Positions 48,129 through 57,180 of a DNA stretch of 64,000 bases are shown here, one piece after another; position 1 is the first letter of the stretch; each line of letters opens with the position of its first letter. The notes under the pieces were generated by a model, which was not told the DNA's origin, made no database searches, and saw nothing but the letters and a program-made list of their open reading frames with translations. The position numbers and the translations under genes were made by a program. The stretch lies in contig CBDDIJ010000005.1 in NCBI GenBank assembly GCA_965228855.1, forward strand, positions 1-64,000, written 5' to 3'. This stretch comes from Candidatus Obscuribacterales bacterium (GTDB lineage Bacteria; Cyanobacteriota; Vampirovibrionia; Obscuribacterales; Obscuribacteraceae).

Positions 48129-50828
48129 ATGCAACAACTCGAGTACGAATTTTCTAACGCGATTGGCATCGTCATGGACAGAACTGTTGATCCGCCGAAA
48201 GTGTTGGGTCAAGCGTTCATGGTATCGAAAACGCGCCTCGTCACTAACGCCTCGTCTGTTTTTCACTACACGGAAGCACCATGGGCTATAGAGGTGCTGT
48301 TTCCGTTTCCGGACGTGCGAGTCACAATCAAAGCAGTCAACCTGCACAACGACTACGACAAAGTAGCCGCGCGCGCTATGTATCTTGCGCAAACCGGCAC
48401 TCCGACGGACAACTCGCTGCATATTCAAACCAACGACATCGCTGTTTTGATTATCGACCCGCAGCCGCCGGACGTCCCGCAAGACCGAATCGCCGAGTTG
48501 AACCGGGCACTCTCGCTGCCATTCTCAGGTGAAGGCGTAGAGGCGTCGGGCAACTTGCGGGGGACCGAGTTCGTCCAGATCATCAACACCGCGCTGGAAG
48601 CCGGTCGCGAAGGTCTTCTTACCCTCTTTGATTCGAGAAACATTCCTATCGCCCATATCGCAATCGCTCGTGGCGGGATTCTCAAAGTCTTCCACGAACA
48701 GGTCATGTCATCGGAGATGGCCTTTTGCGAGCTGGTATACAGACAACCGGCTCATGGATTTGCGTTTAAACCTGGCGTAGACATCGATTGGGGAGAGGTG
48801 CCGGAGGTGCAAACCCCACCGGATCGCCTGACCTGGGAAGCCATGCGCCGAGCGAACGAGATTCCGAAATTGTTGCAACAACTCGGAGGTCCTGAAGCTC
48901 GCTATCAGCAAGTAGTACAGAACTTCGATCCGGAAGCTGCCAGCGAAGAAATCCGCTGGATGGTAGCCCCCTTATGGGCGTCTCTTGACGGATACACATC
49001 GCTCGACAAGCTGCCCAAGCGGGTCGGCGTTGACACCTACACCATTCTCATCGCGATTCGCGAGCTGGTAAACCGTGGCGTCGCATCGCAAATCAACAGG
49101 ATCAGCCCGTTTCCATGCACCGGACAGATGGGCACTCCGCTCATCTCGCACACCGACTTCGAGGTGCACCCCTGGGACCCGCTGCAAGCGTTCTACCTCG
49201 ATCCTATCTCAGGAAAACCGACCTGGCTCGAAGGAAACTTCTTCGGCGTCGCTAACTCATTACAGCCCAAGAATATGTTGCACACTATCGCGATTCCCAA
49301 GGACGCGCGTGGTTGCTTGATTCTCAAGGACTATAAGCTGATTGGATTGCACATAGGCGCTCAGGAGTTAAAACCGGGACAACCGGCACCTCCGGTCAAA
49401 TGCTACCAGTTCATGTGGATGGGAGCTCTCCTGGACCTGAGCACCCGCAAAGTTCGCTCATCGGGAGAAGGCGAAGAGGAAGGTGTTGGAACACTGCGCT
49501 CTTCCATGGACGCGCTTTCGGAGGAAAATCAGGAACGCGCGAACGTTGTGAAAATCCAGTGCCCAACCTGCTTTGCAGTCAACGCAGACTACGGAACTTG
49601 CACCACCTGCGGAGCTACCATCGAGGCACCACCGGAGGAGCCAGAACCAAGCAACAAGCTGATGGCTTCGAAACCGGCGAAGGAACTCAAAAAGCTTCAA
49701 AAACAATATGGCATAACGGACAAACAAGCCAAGATCGGTGGCGGTGTTTTGATCGGATGTTTGTTGATGATGGTGATGTGCGTTGGAATTCCGAAGGGAG
49801 CAAAGACGGACACAACACCTTCGAAGCCTGCTGTACAGCCAATCGCGAAGACTCCGGCATCAGACAAAAAGGCGGTTCAACTCGCAGTCGACGAAGGCGG
49901 TTTTTCAGCAACCGCTCCACCCATGTATTCATACGTTGACACGAGCGACTTGACTGCGCCGACGCCTTCGTTCGGTTTAAACTCAGAACAAGCGAACCAA
50001 AAAATACTGTTCATCGTGTATGACGACCTGGCGCCGCTCACATCCTTGAACAACTTCTGCGGCAAGCCGCCATTTCAGGAAGTAGATAGAGCAGATGCGA
50101 GCACCTCTGTGATTGATTCCAGCGAGCAAATTCTTGGAGCTGGAAAGTTGAAATGGATTCTTGGCCGGTACACGAAAGCCGGACTGAAAGAACCGATTCA
50201 CATCATGCTCGCCTCCTTCCCGGCAGCCAAGGACGGGAAATCTATCCTCGTCGTGGCGCAAGCATTCGACGACAAAGGAAAGCGCGCTTACAACCATAAG
50301 ACGACACTGTTTGTCTTGGACGAAATTGCCAGCGAGATGACCGCTAAACGAAACGAAGAAGTTCTCTCGACTTCAAACAGCGACAAAGGCGCAACCGCCG
50401 CTGACGAAGACGATGAGGAGTTCGATGAATCGGAAGACGGAGCATCGGATACGAAAAAAGTTTCATCGAAAATTTCGACCGAAGAAGAAGAAGATCAGTT
50501 CCTTGTCGACGCTCAGACCGTTTTACAAGAAGCCCTCGACCTGCCTGAGAACCTGATCTCCGTTGCCGAGAAATACGAAACGGAGAATCAGAAACCGAAG
50601 AAGTGGAAAGAGGGTGGATTGCTCGTAGGCGTCGACCCTGAGGGTCACGTGAAGCGCATAGAACTTCTCTCGACCGAACAGAACGATAAGACTGAAACAC
50701 TCAACAAGGCTCTCGAAAAGGCCGTGCAGAAAGTCGAAATGTTCAAGGACGCACCGATTACAAAGCGTGGTGAGTTCCAGTTCCAGGTACGCTTGCAGGG
50801 TAAAGAAATCGTACTTCGCAAAGTGTAG
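48129..50828 (+). CDS. Multidomain bitopic membrane protein (degenerate trypsin-like halves, DUF4388-like insert, Zn-ribbon, TM, TonB-C-like end)
   Basis: 899-aa ORF; CPTC...CTTC, single TM (GGGVLIGCLLMMVMCVG); other domain calls by motif resemblance only. Confidence 0.85.
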   Translation: MQQLEYEFSNAIGIVMDRTVDPPKVLGQAFMVSKTRLVTNASSVFHYTEAPWAIEVLFPFPDVRVTIKAVNLHNDYDKVAARAMYLAQTGTPTDNSLHIQTNDIAVLIIDPQPPDVPQDRIAELNRALSLPFSGEGVEASGNLRGTEFVQIINTALEAGREGLLTLFDSRNIPIAHIAIARGGILKVFHEQVMSSEMAFCELVYRQPAHGFAFKPGVDIDWGEVPEVQTPPDRLTWEAMRRANEIPKLLQQLGGPEARYQQVVQNFDPEAASEEIRWMVAPLWASLDGYTSLDKLPKRVGVDTYTILIAIRELVNRGVASQINRISPFPCTGQMGTPLISHTDFEVHPWDPLQAFYLDPISGKPTWLEGNFFGVANSLQPKNMLHTIAIPKDARGCLILKDYKLIGLHIGAQELKPGQPAPPVKCYQFMWMGALLDLSTRKVRSSGEGEEEGVGTLRSSMDALSEENQERANVVKIQCPTCFAVNADYGTCTTCGATIEAPPEEPEPSNKLMASKPAKELKKLQKQYGITDKQAKIGGGVLIGCLLMMVMCVGIPKGAKTDTTPSKPAVQPIAKTPASDKKAVQLAVDEGGFSATAPPMYSYVDTSDLTAPTPSFGLNSEQANQKILFIVYDDLAPLTSLNNFCGKPPFQEVDRADASTSVIDSSEQILGAGKLKWILGRYTKAGLKEPIHIMLASFPAAKDGKSILVVAQAFDDKGKRAYNHKTTLFVLDEIASEMTAKRNEEVLSTSNSDKGATAADEDDEEFDESEDGASDTKKVSSKISTEEEEDQFLVDAQTVLQEALDLPENLISVAEKYETENQKPKKWKEGGLLVGVDPEGHVKRIELLSTEQNDKTETLNKALEKAVQKVEMFKDAPITKRGEFQFQVRLQGKEIVLRKV

Positions 50829-50851
50829 TCCGAAGCAGGCTAAACAACTGT

Positions 50852-50882
50852 AGCGCGCTCAGGAAAGCCGGGGCGCGCTTTT
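50852..50882 (+). terminator. Terminator hairpin
   Basis: AGCGCGCTC...GGGCGCGCT followed by TTT. Confidence 0.7.
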
Positions 50883-50903
50883 CGCTTTCAACTGCAACAT
50901 TTC

Positions 50904-51500
50904 CTACGAAGCGGGTCGCTTATGTCGGCGAACCCGAACTTCCGGCTTCTTGTCAGATGAAGAAGATGCTGATGAGCTGTCATTATCCTTCTTCGCTGGA
51001 ACGCCAGTGGCAATCTCTCGAGCTTCGTCGTCACGACCGAGTTTTTTCAAAATCGCTGAAAGTTTTTGCCTGCTGCGCTTCATGTCCAGGTGATTCGGTG
51101 GTAAGTTTTTGGAACGGACATCGAAAGCCTTTCGATATGCGACTTCCGCCTGCTGATACATCCCCAACTTCTCTTGCAGCACCCCGAGTTCTTCAGCTGG
51201 AGTGGCTATGCGGACGTCTTCAGGACCAAACTGCGATTCCAGATCTCTAATGCAATCCTCATAAAGCTTGACGGCCTTAGCTGTTTCTCCACGACCGGTT
51301 TTCTCTCGAGCCAGACGCATATAATCATCGAAGTTGGCCGGTTTCTCTTCGTACCAGCCTTCAACCTCGGACATTTCCCATTTCTTAAAGCAACCGGAAA
51401 TCGAGACGGAAACAGACATCAACAGAAGTACGGATAGAACCCCACGGACTCCTGCTCCGAAAAATCTGTTTGAACTTTTACTTGCTCTTTTTGGTGGCAT
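50904..51500 (-). CDS. TPR-repeat lipoprotein
   Basis: Lipobox-like ISGC; kinesin-light-chain-type TPR (FGPED...LG...YQQAE.AYRKA); start uncertain. Confidence 0.82.
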   Translation of the reverse strand: MPPKRASKSSNRFFGAGVRGVLSVLLLMSVSVSISGCFKKWEMSEVEGWYEEKPANFDDYMRLAREKTGRGETAKAVKLYEDCIRDLESQFGPEDVRIATPAEELGVLQEKLGMYQQAEVAYRKAFDVRSKNLPPNHLDMKRSRQKLSAILKKLGRDDEAREIATGVPAKKDNDSSSASSSSDKKPEVRVRRHKRPAS

Positions 51501-51984
51501 CTTTTTGTTTCTCTTCTTCAGCCGCGCGCTTCTCAGCACGTTTCTTCAGAACTTCATCCGGCACGAGATTATATTGAATCATCTTCGCTTTGATCTTCTT
51601 CAAATCCTGATCGATGATCTTCATCTGCTCGCCGTCCGGTTCTACCTCTTGCATAATGGCTTTCCATTGCTTGTACTCGTTGTAAGCAACTTTCCAATCC
51701 TGCCTGGCCATGTACATACCGGCGAGATATCCAACGCAAGTTCCTGTCTGCGCGGCTTTCTCACCATACTTCTTGGAGCAAACATCGATTGCTTCTTTGT
51801 AGAGCTTTTCAGCCTCATCGATTTTGCCCTTGGCCTGCGCATCCTGCGCGTCCTTGACGAGCGTCTCCCACTTTTTGGAGCCGCCTCCCATCATTGCAAA
51901 ATCAGGCTTGCCAACCTCCCCGCAGGAAGTGAGCAAAACCGACAGAAATATCAATGAGGCGATTTGTTTATAGCGCATTCGCAT
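51478..51984 (-). CDS. TPR-repeat lipoprotein
   Basis: Lipobox LTSC; GKIDEAEKLYKEAI...YG. Confidence 0.85.
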   Translation of the reverse strand: MRMRYKQIASLIFLSVLLTSCGEVGKPDFAMMGGGSKKWETLVKDAQDAQAKGKIDEAEKLYKEAIDVCSKKYGEKAAQTGTCVGYLAGMYMARQDWKVAYNEYKQWKAIMQEVEPDGEQMKIIDQDLKKIKAKMIQYNLVPDEVLKKRAEKRAAEEEKQKDATKKSK

Positions 51985-52096
51985 TAGCTCTCCGGCCGAT
52001 TTCTATACAAAGTTAGCATGTCCGCGCCGCTGAGACCATACCGAATTAAAAGTTCGCGCAGTCATCAGCCTTGCGGCGTTTACATCTTTACAGTTG

Positions 52097-53452
52097 TCAA
52101 ACTTTTTCGATTTTCGCACCAACGAAGTAGTGACCCAGGATCGAGCGATAGTTCCAGCCCTGCTTAGCCCAACCCTGTGCCCCGGTTTGCTGTAAACCGA
52201 CCCCATGCCCCCAGCCCAGTCCGGAGATGGTGATTGCTGAAAGATGTCCGATCTCGCTGTTTGTCTGATCAAAAAATATTCGAGCACTTTTTAAACGAGC
52301 GAGCTTCTTACCGGGAGTTTTGAAGAGGTCGCGGATTATCAATTCCTTTGAAATCTTCCAGATGCCGCCGGACGTTTTCACCGAAACTTCGATTGCGCAT
52401 CCGGAGACACCGCGTTTGGTAACCGCAAAAGATTCAATATGTCCGAATTTTCCTGAAGATGGTGCCACTACAAATGGTGCACGATCGTCCTTCATCATTG
52501 CGTTAACAGTCGCATGAATGTTGGCTTCCACGTCATCGGCAGTGAGTTGTACTTTCCACTTGAAATGATGCGAGGAACTGTCCACCGTATGTGGTGCTGC
52601 GCTGTAGAACTTTCGGAGATCCGATTCGTTAGCCAGGTTATAGGCAAACTTCTCAGCCTCGGGGACCCCAGTGAGATAGGGAAGGGGCTGCGGAGGGAAT
52701 TGACCGGTCACTGGATCCGAGAAACAGTTTTCATAATTCTCCGTGTGCCCACCGGCATTAGAGCTGAAAAGGGCCAAAATAGGTTTCCCTTCCCAGGTTA
52801 AAACCTGACCGAGCGTCTCCGCGATTGCCTTTTCATGGGTCGGAGATGAAACCGTCGTAAGCCCACCGAAATATTGGCAACAGAGATAGGAATCACAAAC
52901 GTTAGCATTATCCTTTTCGTGACTGATTCGAGGATTGAGTCCGTACGTTCTCGCCGCGACTGCTTGTGCTTTCACGGCTTCGATGTGATAAGACGCCGGA
53001 ATTTCCGACTGCAGCACGCCGCGAAGATACTTATCGAGATCGAGAATCAGTGCCACTCGCAAGTGATTATTCTTGACGAACAGAGCAATTGCACCATGAT
53101 ATCTAGCACCCACGTTTCCGGACGCCCCGGCTCGCTTCACTGATAAGAAATTGATATCGCTCGGACCCTTGAGGATTACAAGTCCGGCTCCGCCAAACAG
53201 ACGCACGCCGGATTCAAAGACCTCCAACTCTGTGCCGGCGGCAGTCTTCTTGACTTTCGCGCTGATCTTTTTACCAGCCGGCACTGTAGTTGCCGGTTTG
53301 TCAGAGCGCCCCGCCCAGTCCAGAAGCGCTGACCGATTTGCAGGCAACTGAGTGAGATGATACACGTCCAATGAGCCGGCGCTCGAAAAGGTCGCCTCAG
53401 AGTGGTTGAGGGACTTCAGATCGCTTGTGGAAAGAGCGACAACTACCTGCAT
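52097..53452 (-). CDS. SpoIID/LytB-domain lytic transglycosylase-like protein
   Basis: YLRGVLQSEIP, EAVKAQAVAARTY, CDSYLCCQY, GWGHGVGLQQTGA, ILGHYF. Confidence 0.93.
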   Translation of the reverse strand: MQVVVALSTSDLKSLNHSEATFSSAGSLDVYHLTQLPANRSALLDWAGRSDKPATTVPAGKKISAKVKKTAAGTELEVFESGVRLFGGAGLVILKGPSDINFLSVKRAGASGNVGARYHGAIALFVKNNHLRVALILDLDKYLRGVLQSEIPASYHIEAVKAQAVAARTYGLNPRISHEKDNANVCDSYLCCQYFGGLTTVSSPTHEKAIAETLGQVLTWEGKPILALFSSNAGGHTENYENCFSDPVTGQFPPQPLPYLTGVPEAEKFAYNLANESDLRKFYSAAPHTVDSSSHHFKWKVQLTADDVEANIHATVNAMMKDDRAPFVVAPSSGKFGHIESFAVTKRGVSGCAIEVSVKTSGGIWKISKELIIRDLFKTPGKKLARLKSARIFFDQTNSEIGHLSAITISGLGWGHGVGLQQTGAQGWAKQGWNYRSILGHYFVGAKIEKV

Positions 53453-53501
53453 TCAGACACCATGGGCTCGCTGAAGGATAATTGTTTCATTCTCTCAAAA
53501 G

Positions 53502-53587
53502 TGGCGGAGCAGGAGGGACTCGAACCCCCAACCCCTTTCGAGGCAGCCGCTTTCAAGGCGGTGTCTTCATCCAGCCAGGTCTGCTCC
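53502..53587 (-). tRNA. tRNA-Ser (anticodon UGA), atypical D-arm
   Basis: 7-bp acceptor GGAGCAG/CTGCTCC, G73, encoded CCA, T-loop TTCGAGT, anticodon loop CTTGAAA, long variable arm GCCTC-GAAA-GGGGT; 86 nt. Confidence 0.88.
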
Positions 53588-53672
53588 ATAACTTTGCAAT
53601 ATACTCTATTCACGGTGCCTCTGAAAAGCTATGGTAAATGAAACTTCAAGGAACCGCTTGCAGAATTCATCA

Positions 53673-54569
53673 ATGACGCTCCCCGAAAACCAGAACAGCG
53701 AAACAATCAGCGAAGCGAAAAAGCCTTTCAATAAGGCGAAAATCAGACTCGACCTTGCGCTGGTCGAGCAGGGATTTTTTACAACCAGAAAAGAGGCCCA
53801 AACTGCCATCATGGATGGTGCGGTACTCGTGAACAATGAGAAGGTCACCAAATCTGGTGCCAACATATCTGGGACTGACAAACTGGCTCTTCGCCCGGGC
53901 TTCGCTAAACAAAAATATGTGAGTCGTGGAGGGTTAAAACTGGAAAAAGCCCTGGAACAGTTTCAAATCAAAATCCAGAATCGGATCTGCCTTGACGTGG
54001 GTGCGTCAACAGGCGGTTTCACAGATTGCTTGCTGCAACACGGTGCCTCCACGGTTTACGCTATTGATGTGGGATACGGTCAACTAGACTGGAAATTGAG
54101 GACGGATAAGAGAGTTGTCGTCAAAGAGAGAGTCAACGCACGCTATCTTGTTCCCCAGGAACTCTATGAGGATGGAGCGGAATGGGCTTCGCTAGCCGTA
54201 ATTGACTGCTCTTTCATTTCACTCGATAAAATATTGCCTGCCGTCGAAAAGCTTTTAGCCACAGACAATAGCGAGATCGTCTGTTTGATAAAGCCACAAT
54301 TCGAAGCGGGAAGAGATCAGGTAAAAAAGGGCGTGGTGCGTGACGGCAAAGTCCACCTCGAAGTTTTGCAAAGAACAGCAGAGCATGCTTCAGCACTGGG
54401 TTTCTATGTACACAAGTGTACGTTCTCACCGCTCAAGGGTCCGAAAGGCAATATCGAATATCTGATGCTACTTTCGAAAGCCTTCTGCACTGACAATTCC
54501 ATCGACTACGATGGTGAAGTAGCTCAAGCGATCGAGACTCTCAGAAATGCCAGTACAGAAGAAAGTTAG
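53673..54569 (+). CDS. tlyA: TlyA-family RNA methyltransferase
   Basis: S4 domain RLD.ALVEQG, YVSRGGLKL, DVGASTGGFTDCLLQ, LIKPQFE, GPKGNIEY; start 53631 or 53673. Confidence 0.96.
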   Translation: MTLPENQNSETISEAKKPFNKAKIRLDLALVEQGFFTTRKEAQTAIMDGAVLVNNEKVTKSGANISGTDKLALRPGFAKQKYVSRGGLKLEKALEQFQIKIQNRICLDVGASTGGFTDCLLQHGASTVYAIDVGYGQLDWKLRTDKRVVVKERVNARYLVPQELYEDGAEWASLAVIDCSFISLDKILPAVEKLLATDNSEIVCLIKPQFEAGRDQVKKGVVRDGKVHLEVLQRTAEHASALGFYVHKCTFSPLKGPKGNIEYLMLLSKAFCTDNSIDYDGEVAQAIETLRNASTEES

Positions 54570-55399
54570 CTCACCTTTTGACTGCCGAGGAACAAGCACC
54601 GTTCCTGAAGTTGCTCGAATAACTCGAGGGTGTGCACGACGACTTCCTGCGGGTCTGCGCCTCCGGACTCAGTCACAGCCATTGTGATCAACTCTGCGTA
54701 TGATACAGGTCCCCGAGCGACTCGCTCTACGACTTTTGCAGCGGCGTCTCCGAGTTCGAGAAAGCGCGCGTAAAACTCATCGGGATCTCGATAAATAGCC
54801 AAATTCGTGGCGTCCTTCTTAACGCGGCGCGGCAGCCGGACATCATCTCGGAGCCAATCGACGAGTTTAGCGATCGGATATTGATAATGACGAATAGCTA
54901 GCACCGAATTTAATACCGGTCCGTAAGCATTAAAGACCTCTGGGTTATCCAGAGCGATAGGCTCGCCGCGAATTTCTTTCGCATCACTCTCCATAATCTC
55001 AAGCTCGATCCATTCGTAATCGGCCAGTTCGGGAAGAAACCCATGGCGGGCCACGAGTTCAGGACAATCGACTTTCAGAAAATCGGAGAATGCGCTTGCT
55101 GCTTTGTTGAGATTGAAATGGGCGGGCAGTCTTAACTCGAAGTATCTGTCGACCAGTCTATTCCATTGCCGGGATAAGATTTTCTGACATCCGGGGTAAA
55201 TCGACTTCATCAAATCATGACGACCGTGACGAATCAGGGAAGCATAGAGACGAACACCACGCGGATCGATCTCCTGCGAAAAATCTTCGTCCTCGCCAAG
55301 ACAATCCGGTCGAGAACCTGATAGAAACTTGGTCCGCGCTTCATCCTGCGTCCACAGTGTAGATAGTGTCTGTTCTATTGTTTGAAGATTTTTTGTCAT
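54566..55399 (-). CDS. DUF2063-type MNIO partner protein (HvfC/BufC-like)
   Basis: GVRLYASLI, IYPGC..IL..QW..LVDRYF, FSDFL, PELADYEWIEL; directly downstream of DUF692. Confidence 0.88.
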   Translation of the reverse strand: MTKNLQTIEQTLSTLWTQDEARTKFLSGSRPDCLGEDEDFSQEIDPRGVRLYASLIRHGRHDLMKSIYPGCQKILSRQWNRLVDRYFELRLPAHFNLNKAASAFSDFLKVDCPELVARHGFLPELADYEWIELEIMESDAKEIRGEPIALDNPEVFNAYGPVLNSVLAIRHYQYPIAKLVDWLRDDVRLPRRVKKDATNLAIYRDPDEFYARFLELGDAAAKVVERVARGPVSYAELITMAVTESGGADPQEVVVHTLELFEQLQERCLFLGSQKVS

Positions 55400-55416
55400 T
55401 GTATTTGAGCGAACAA

Positions 55417-56433
55417 CTAGGCGCGCGCGCCCCGCTTCACCAAGCGTTTTGTGTCTGAATTCATGCGAATCACCTCAGCGTCATGACCGTCGCTATCGCG
55501 ATCGGGCGTCAGCTCCGAAGAGGGTGCTGCTTGCTCAGTTTCGGACGTAGCAGCGCAAGTTGAACCTGATTTCAAGTTCGCAAGCCTGGGCTGATAGTTA
55601 GCGGCAATCGTTCTTATCTGATGAAGCTCATCAAGAATTTCAGAGAACTCCGGGTAGTTCTGGTCGCGTTCAAGCATCACCGCGTTGACAGGTACTCTTG
55701 CCAGGACATAATCCAACAACTCGAAAACCGGCTCTATAACCGGATTTCCATGAGTGTCGATAATCATCTCCTCACCATGACTGTGACCGGCGACGTGCAT
55801 CTGTACGGTGCGCTCAATGGGAAGAGCATTCAAATACTTGTATGGATCAAAATTGTGGTTGATCGAATTGACATAGACATTGTTGACGTCAAGCAACAAG
55901 CCGCAATCAGCTTTTTCAAGAACGTCGGACAGGAACTGCACCTCGGTCAATTCAGAGCCGGGCATGTTCATGTAATAGGAAATATTTTCGAGCAACAGCG
56001 GACGTTCTATATAATCCTGCACAGTTTTTATGCGCTTCACGACATGCTGTATCGCTTCTTTCGACGTCGGCAGCGGAAGCAGATCGTGAAGATAGTGTCC
56101 GCCTATAGATGTGAAACACAAGTGGTCGCTAAACCATGGTGCATCGATGGTATCAAGCAATTTTTTGAGCGACTTCAAGTAGGTCTCGCTCAGAGGATCG
56201 GTACTTCCGATCGAAAGATTGACTCCATGGGTCACAAGGGGGAAAGCCGAGTTCGCCTGTTCAAGGCGCTCTCGAGCCATCCCCCCGAGATCCATGTAGT
56301 TTTCTGGAACCAGTTCAAGCCAGTCTATTTTGTCGGCACTGTTGAATGTTTCGTGAGCGAGTTCTCGGCGAAGACCAAGACCAACGCCCAATACAGGAAG
56401 GTTCTTCTTCGTTGTTAGGAAGTCGAAAGCCAT
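55417..56433 (-). CDS. DUF692 multinuclear non-heme iron oxidase (MNIO; HvfB/BufB-like)
   Basis: GVGLGLR, ELVPENY, HGVNLSIG, SDHL, DLLPLP, LENISYY, LLDVNNVYVN, HVAGH, IDTHG, LERD; start ATG 56433. Confidence 0.96.
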   Translation of the reverse strand: MAFDFLTTKKNLPVLGVGLGLRRELAHETFNSADKIDWLELVPENYMDLGGMARERLEQANSAFPLVTHGVNLSIGSTDPLSETYLKSLKKLLDTIDAPWFSDHLCFTSIGGHYLHDLLPLPTSKEAIQHVVKRIKTVQDYIERPLLLENISYYMNMPGSELTEVQFLSDVLEKADCGLLLDVNNVYVNSINHNFDPYKYLNALPIERTVQMHVAGHSHGEEMIIDTHGNPVIEPVFELLDYVLARVPVNAVMLERDQNYPEFSEILDELHQIRTIAANYQPRLANLKSGSTCAATSETEQAAPSSELTPDRDSDGHDAEVIRMNSDTKRLVKRGARA

Positions 56434-56496
56434 ATTTTCCCCTGTAAACTGCGACCAACAAAGCACAAAAAAGGCTGGACGATTCCAGCCGAAAGA

Positions 56497-56826
56497 CTAC
56501 TCTGCTTTCTTCTCTTCGGTCTTGCAGGAGCCTTCTTTGCCCTTGCAGGAGCTCTCTTTGCCCTTGCAGGAGCCTTCTTTACCCTTGCAGGAGCCTTCTT
56601 TGCCCTTCGCAGCTTTCTTCTCTTTCTTTTCTTTCTTAGCTGGTTTTTCGTCTTTCTTAGCATCGGTCGCTGCTGCGTCATCAGCGAGATTTACTTTCTT
56701 GCTGATTTCCGAAGGGGAAGACGTTTCTTTGACCGAAAGCTCAGCTTTGTCAGCTGCGTTTGCTTGGCCTTGAAGTGCAAATCCTAGAACAGCAACCAAA
56801 GCTGCAGCTAGTTGTACCTTTTGCAT
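56497..56826 (-). CDS. Secreted Cys-repeat RiPP precursor peptide for the adjacent MNIO
   Basis: AGGAGG RBS, Sec-type signal (..QANA|A), four KE[GS]SCK heptads; first gene of the operon. Confidence 0.88.
   Translation of the reverse strand: MQKVQLAAALVAVLGFALQGQANAADKAELSVKETSSPSEISKKVNLADDAAATDAKKDEKPAKKEKKEKKAAKGKEGSCKGKEGSCKGKESSCKGKEGSCKTEEKKAE
56521..56604 (-). repeat. 4 x 21-bp coding tandem repeat (GKE[GS]SCK)
   Basis: cttgcaggagccttctttgcc-type units at 56521, 56542, 56563, 56584. Confidence 0.97.
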
Positions 56827-56845
56827 CGTTGACCTCCTAATTAGG

Positions 56846-56960
56846 TGTGATGGTTATGGGCCCGTTGGGACCCTGACTCCCTACTCGTACGTAAGTAGGG
56901 AGGATTAGTGTTCATGGTAGGGTACCATGATTAACAAAAACCCATGTGAAGGTTATGGGC
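56846..56960. promoter_or_regulatory. Candidate operator region upstream of the MNIO operon
   Basis: 16-bp direct repeat (56846, 56945), 9-bp IR (56877-56902), perfect 8-3-8 palindrome (56912-56930). Confidence 0.55.
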
Positions 56961-57180
56961 GTGTAAAATCTATCTGCCCGCTTCTGAAGGAATAAGTCCC
57001 TGCTACAATGCTGGCCTCTTGTTTGAGGCAACAGAACCGCAATATTTGATATTTATCTGTCGCATAGCCAGTCAATATCAGTTTTCAAGAGAAAAATCGT
57101 TTTTCCATCCTTATATATAGGTATATAAGAAACGCTGGGTAAAAATCACAACGCATACAGAAGGAAACAGTTCGGCAAAC

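Noticed and set aside
53502..53587. Selenocysteine tRNA or 8/4 / 9/3 allo-tRNA
   Set aside because: Anticodon is UGA, not UCA, and the acceptor/T stems are the ordinary 7/5
53400..53700. tRNA-anchored genomic island or prophage
   Set aside because: No integrase and no duplicated tRNA 3' end noticed; flanking genes are ordinary
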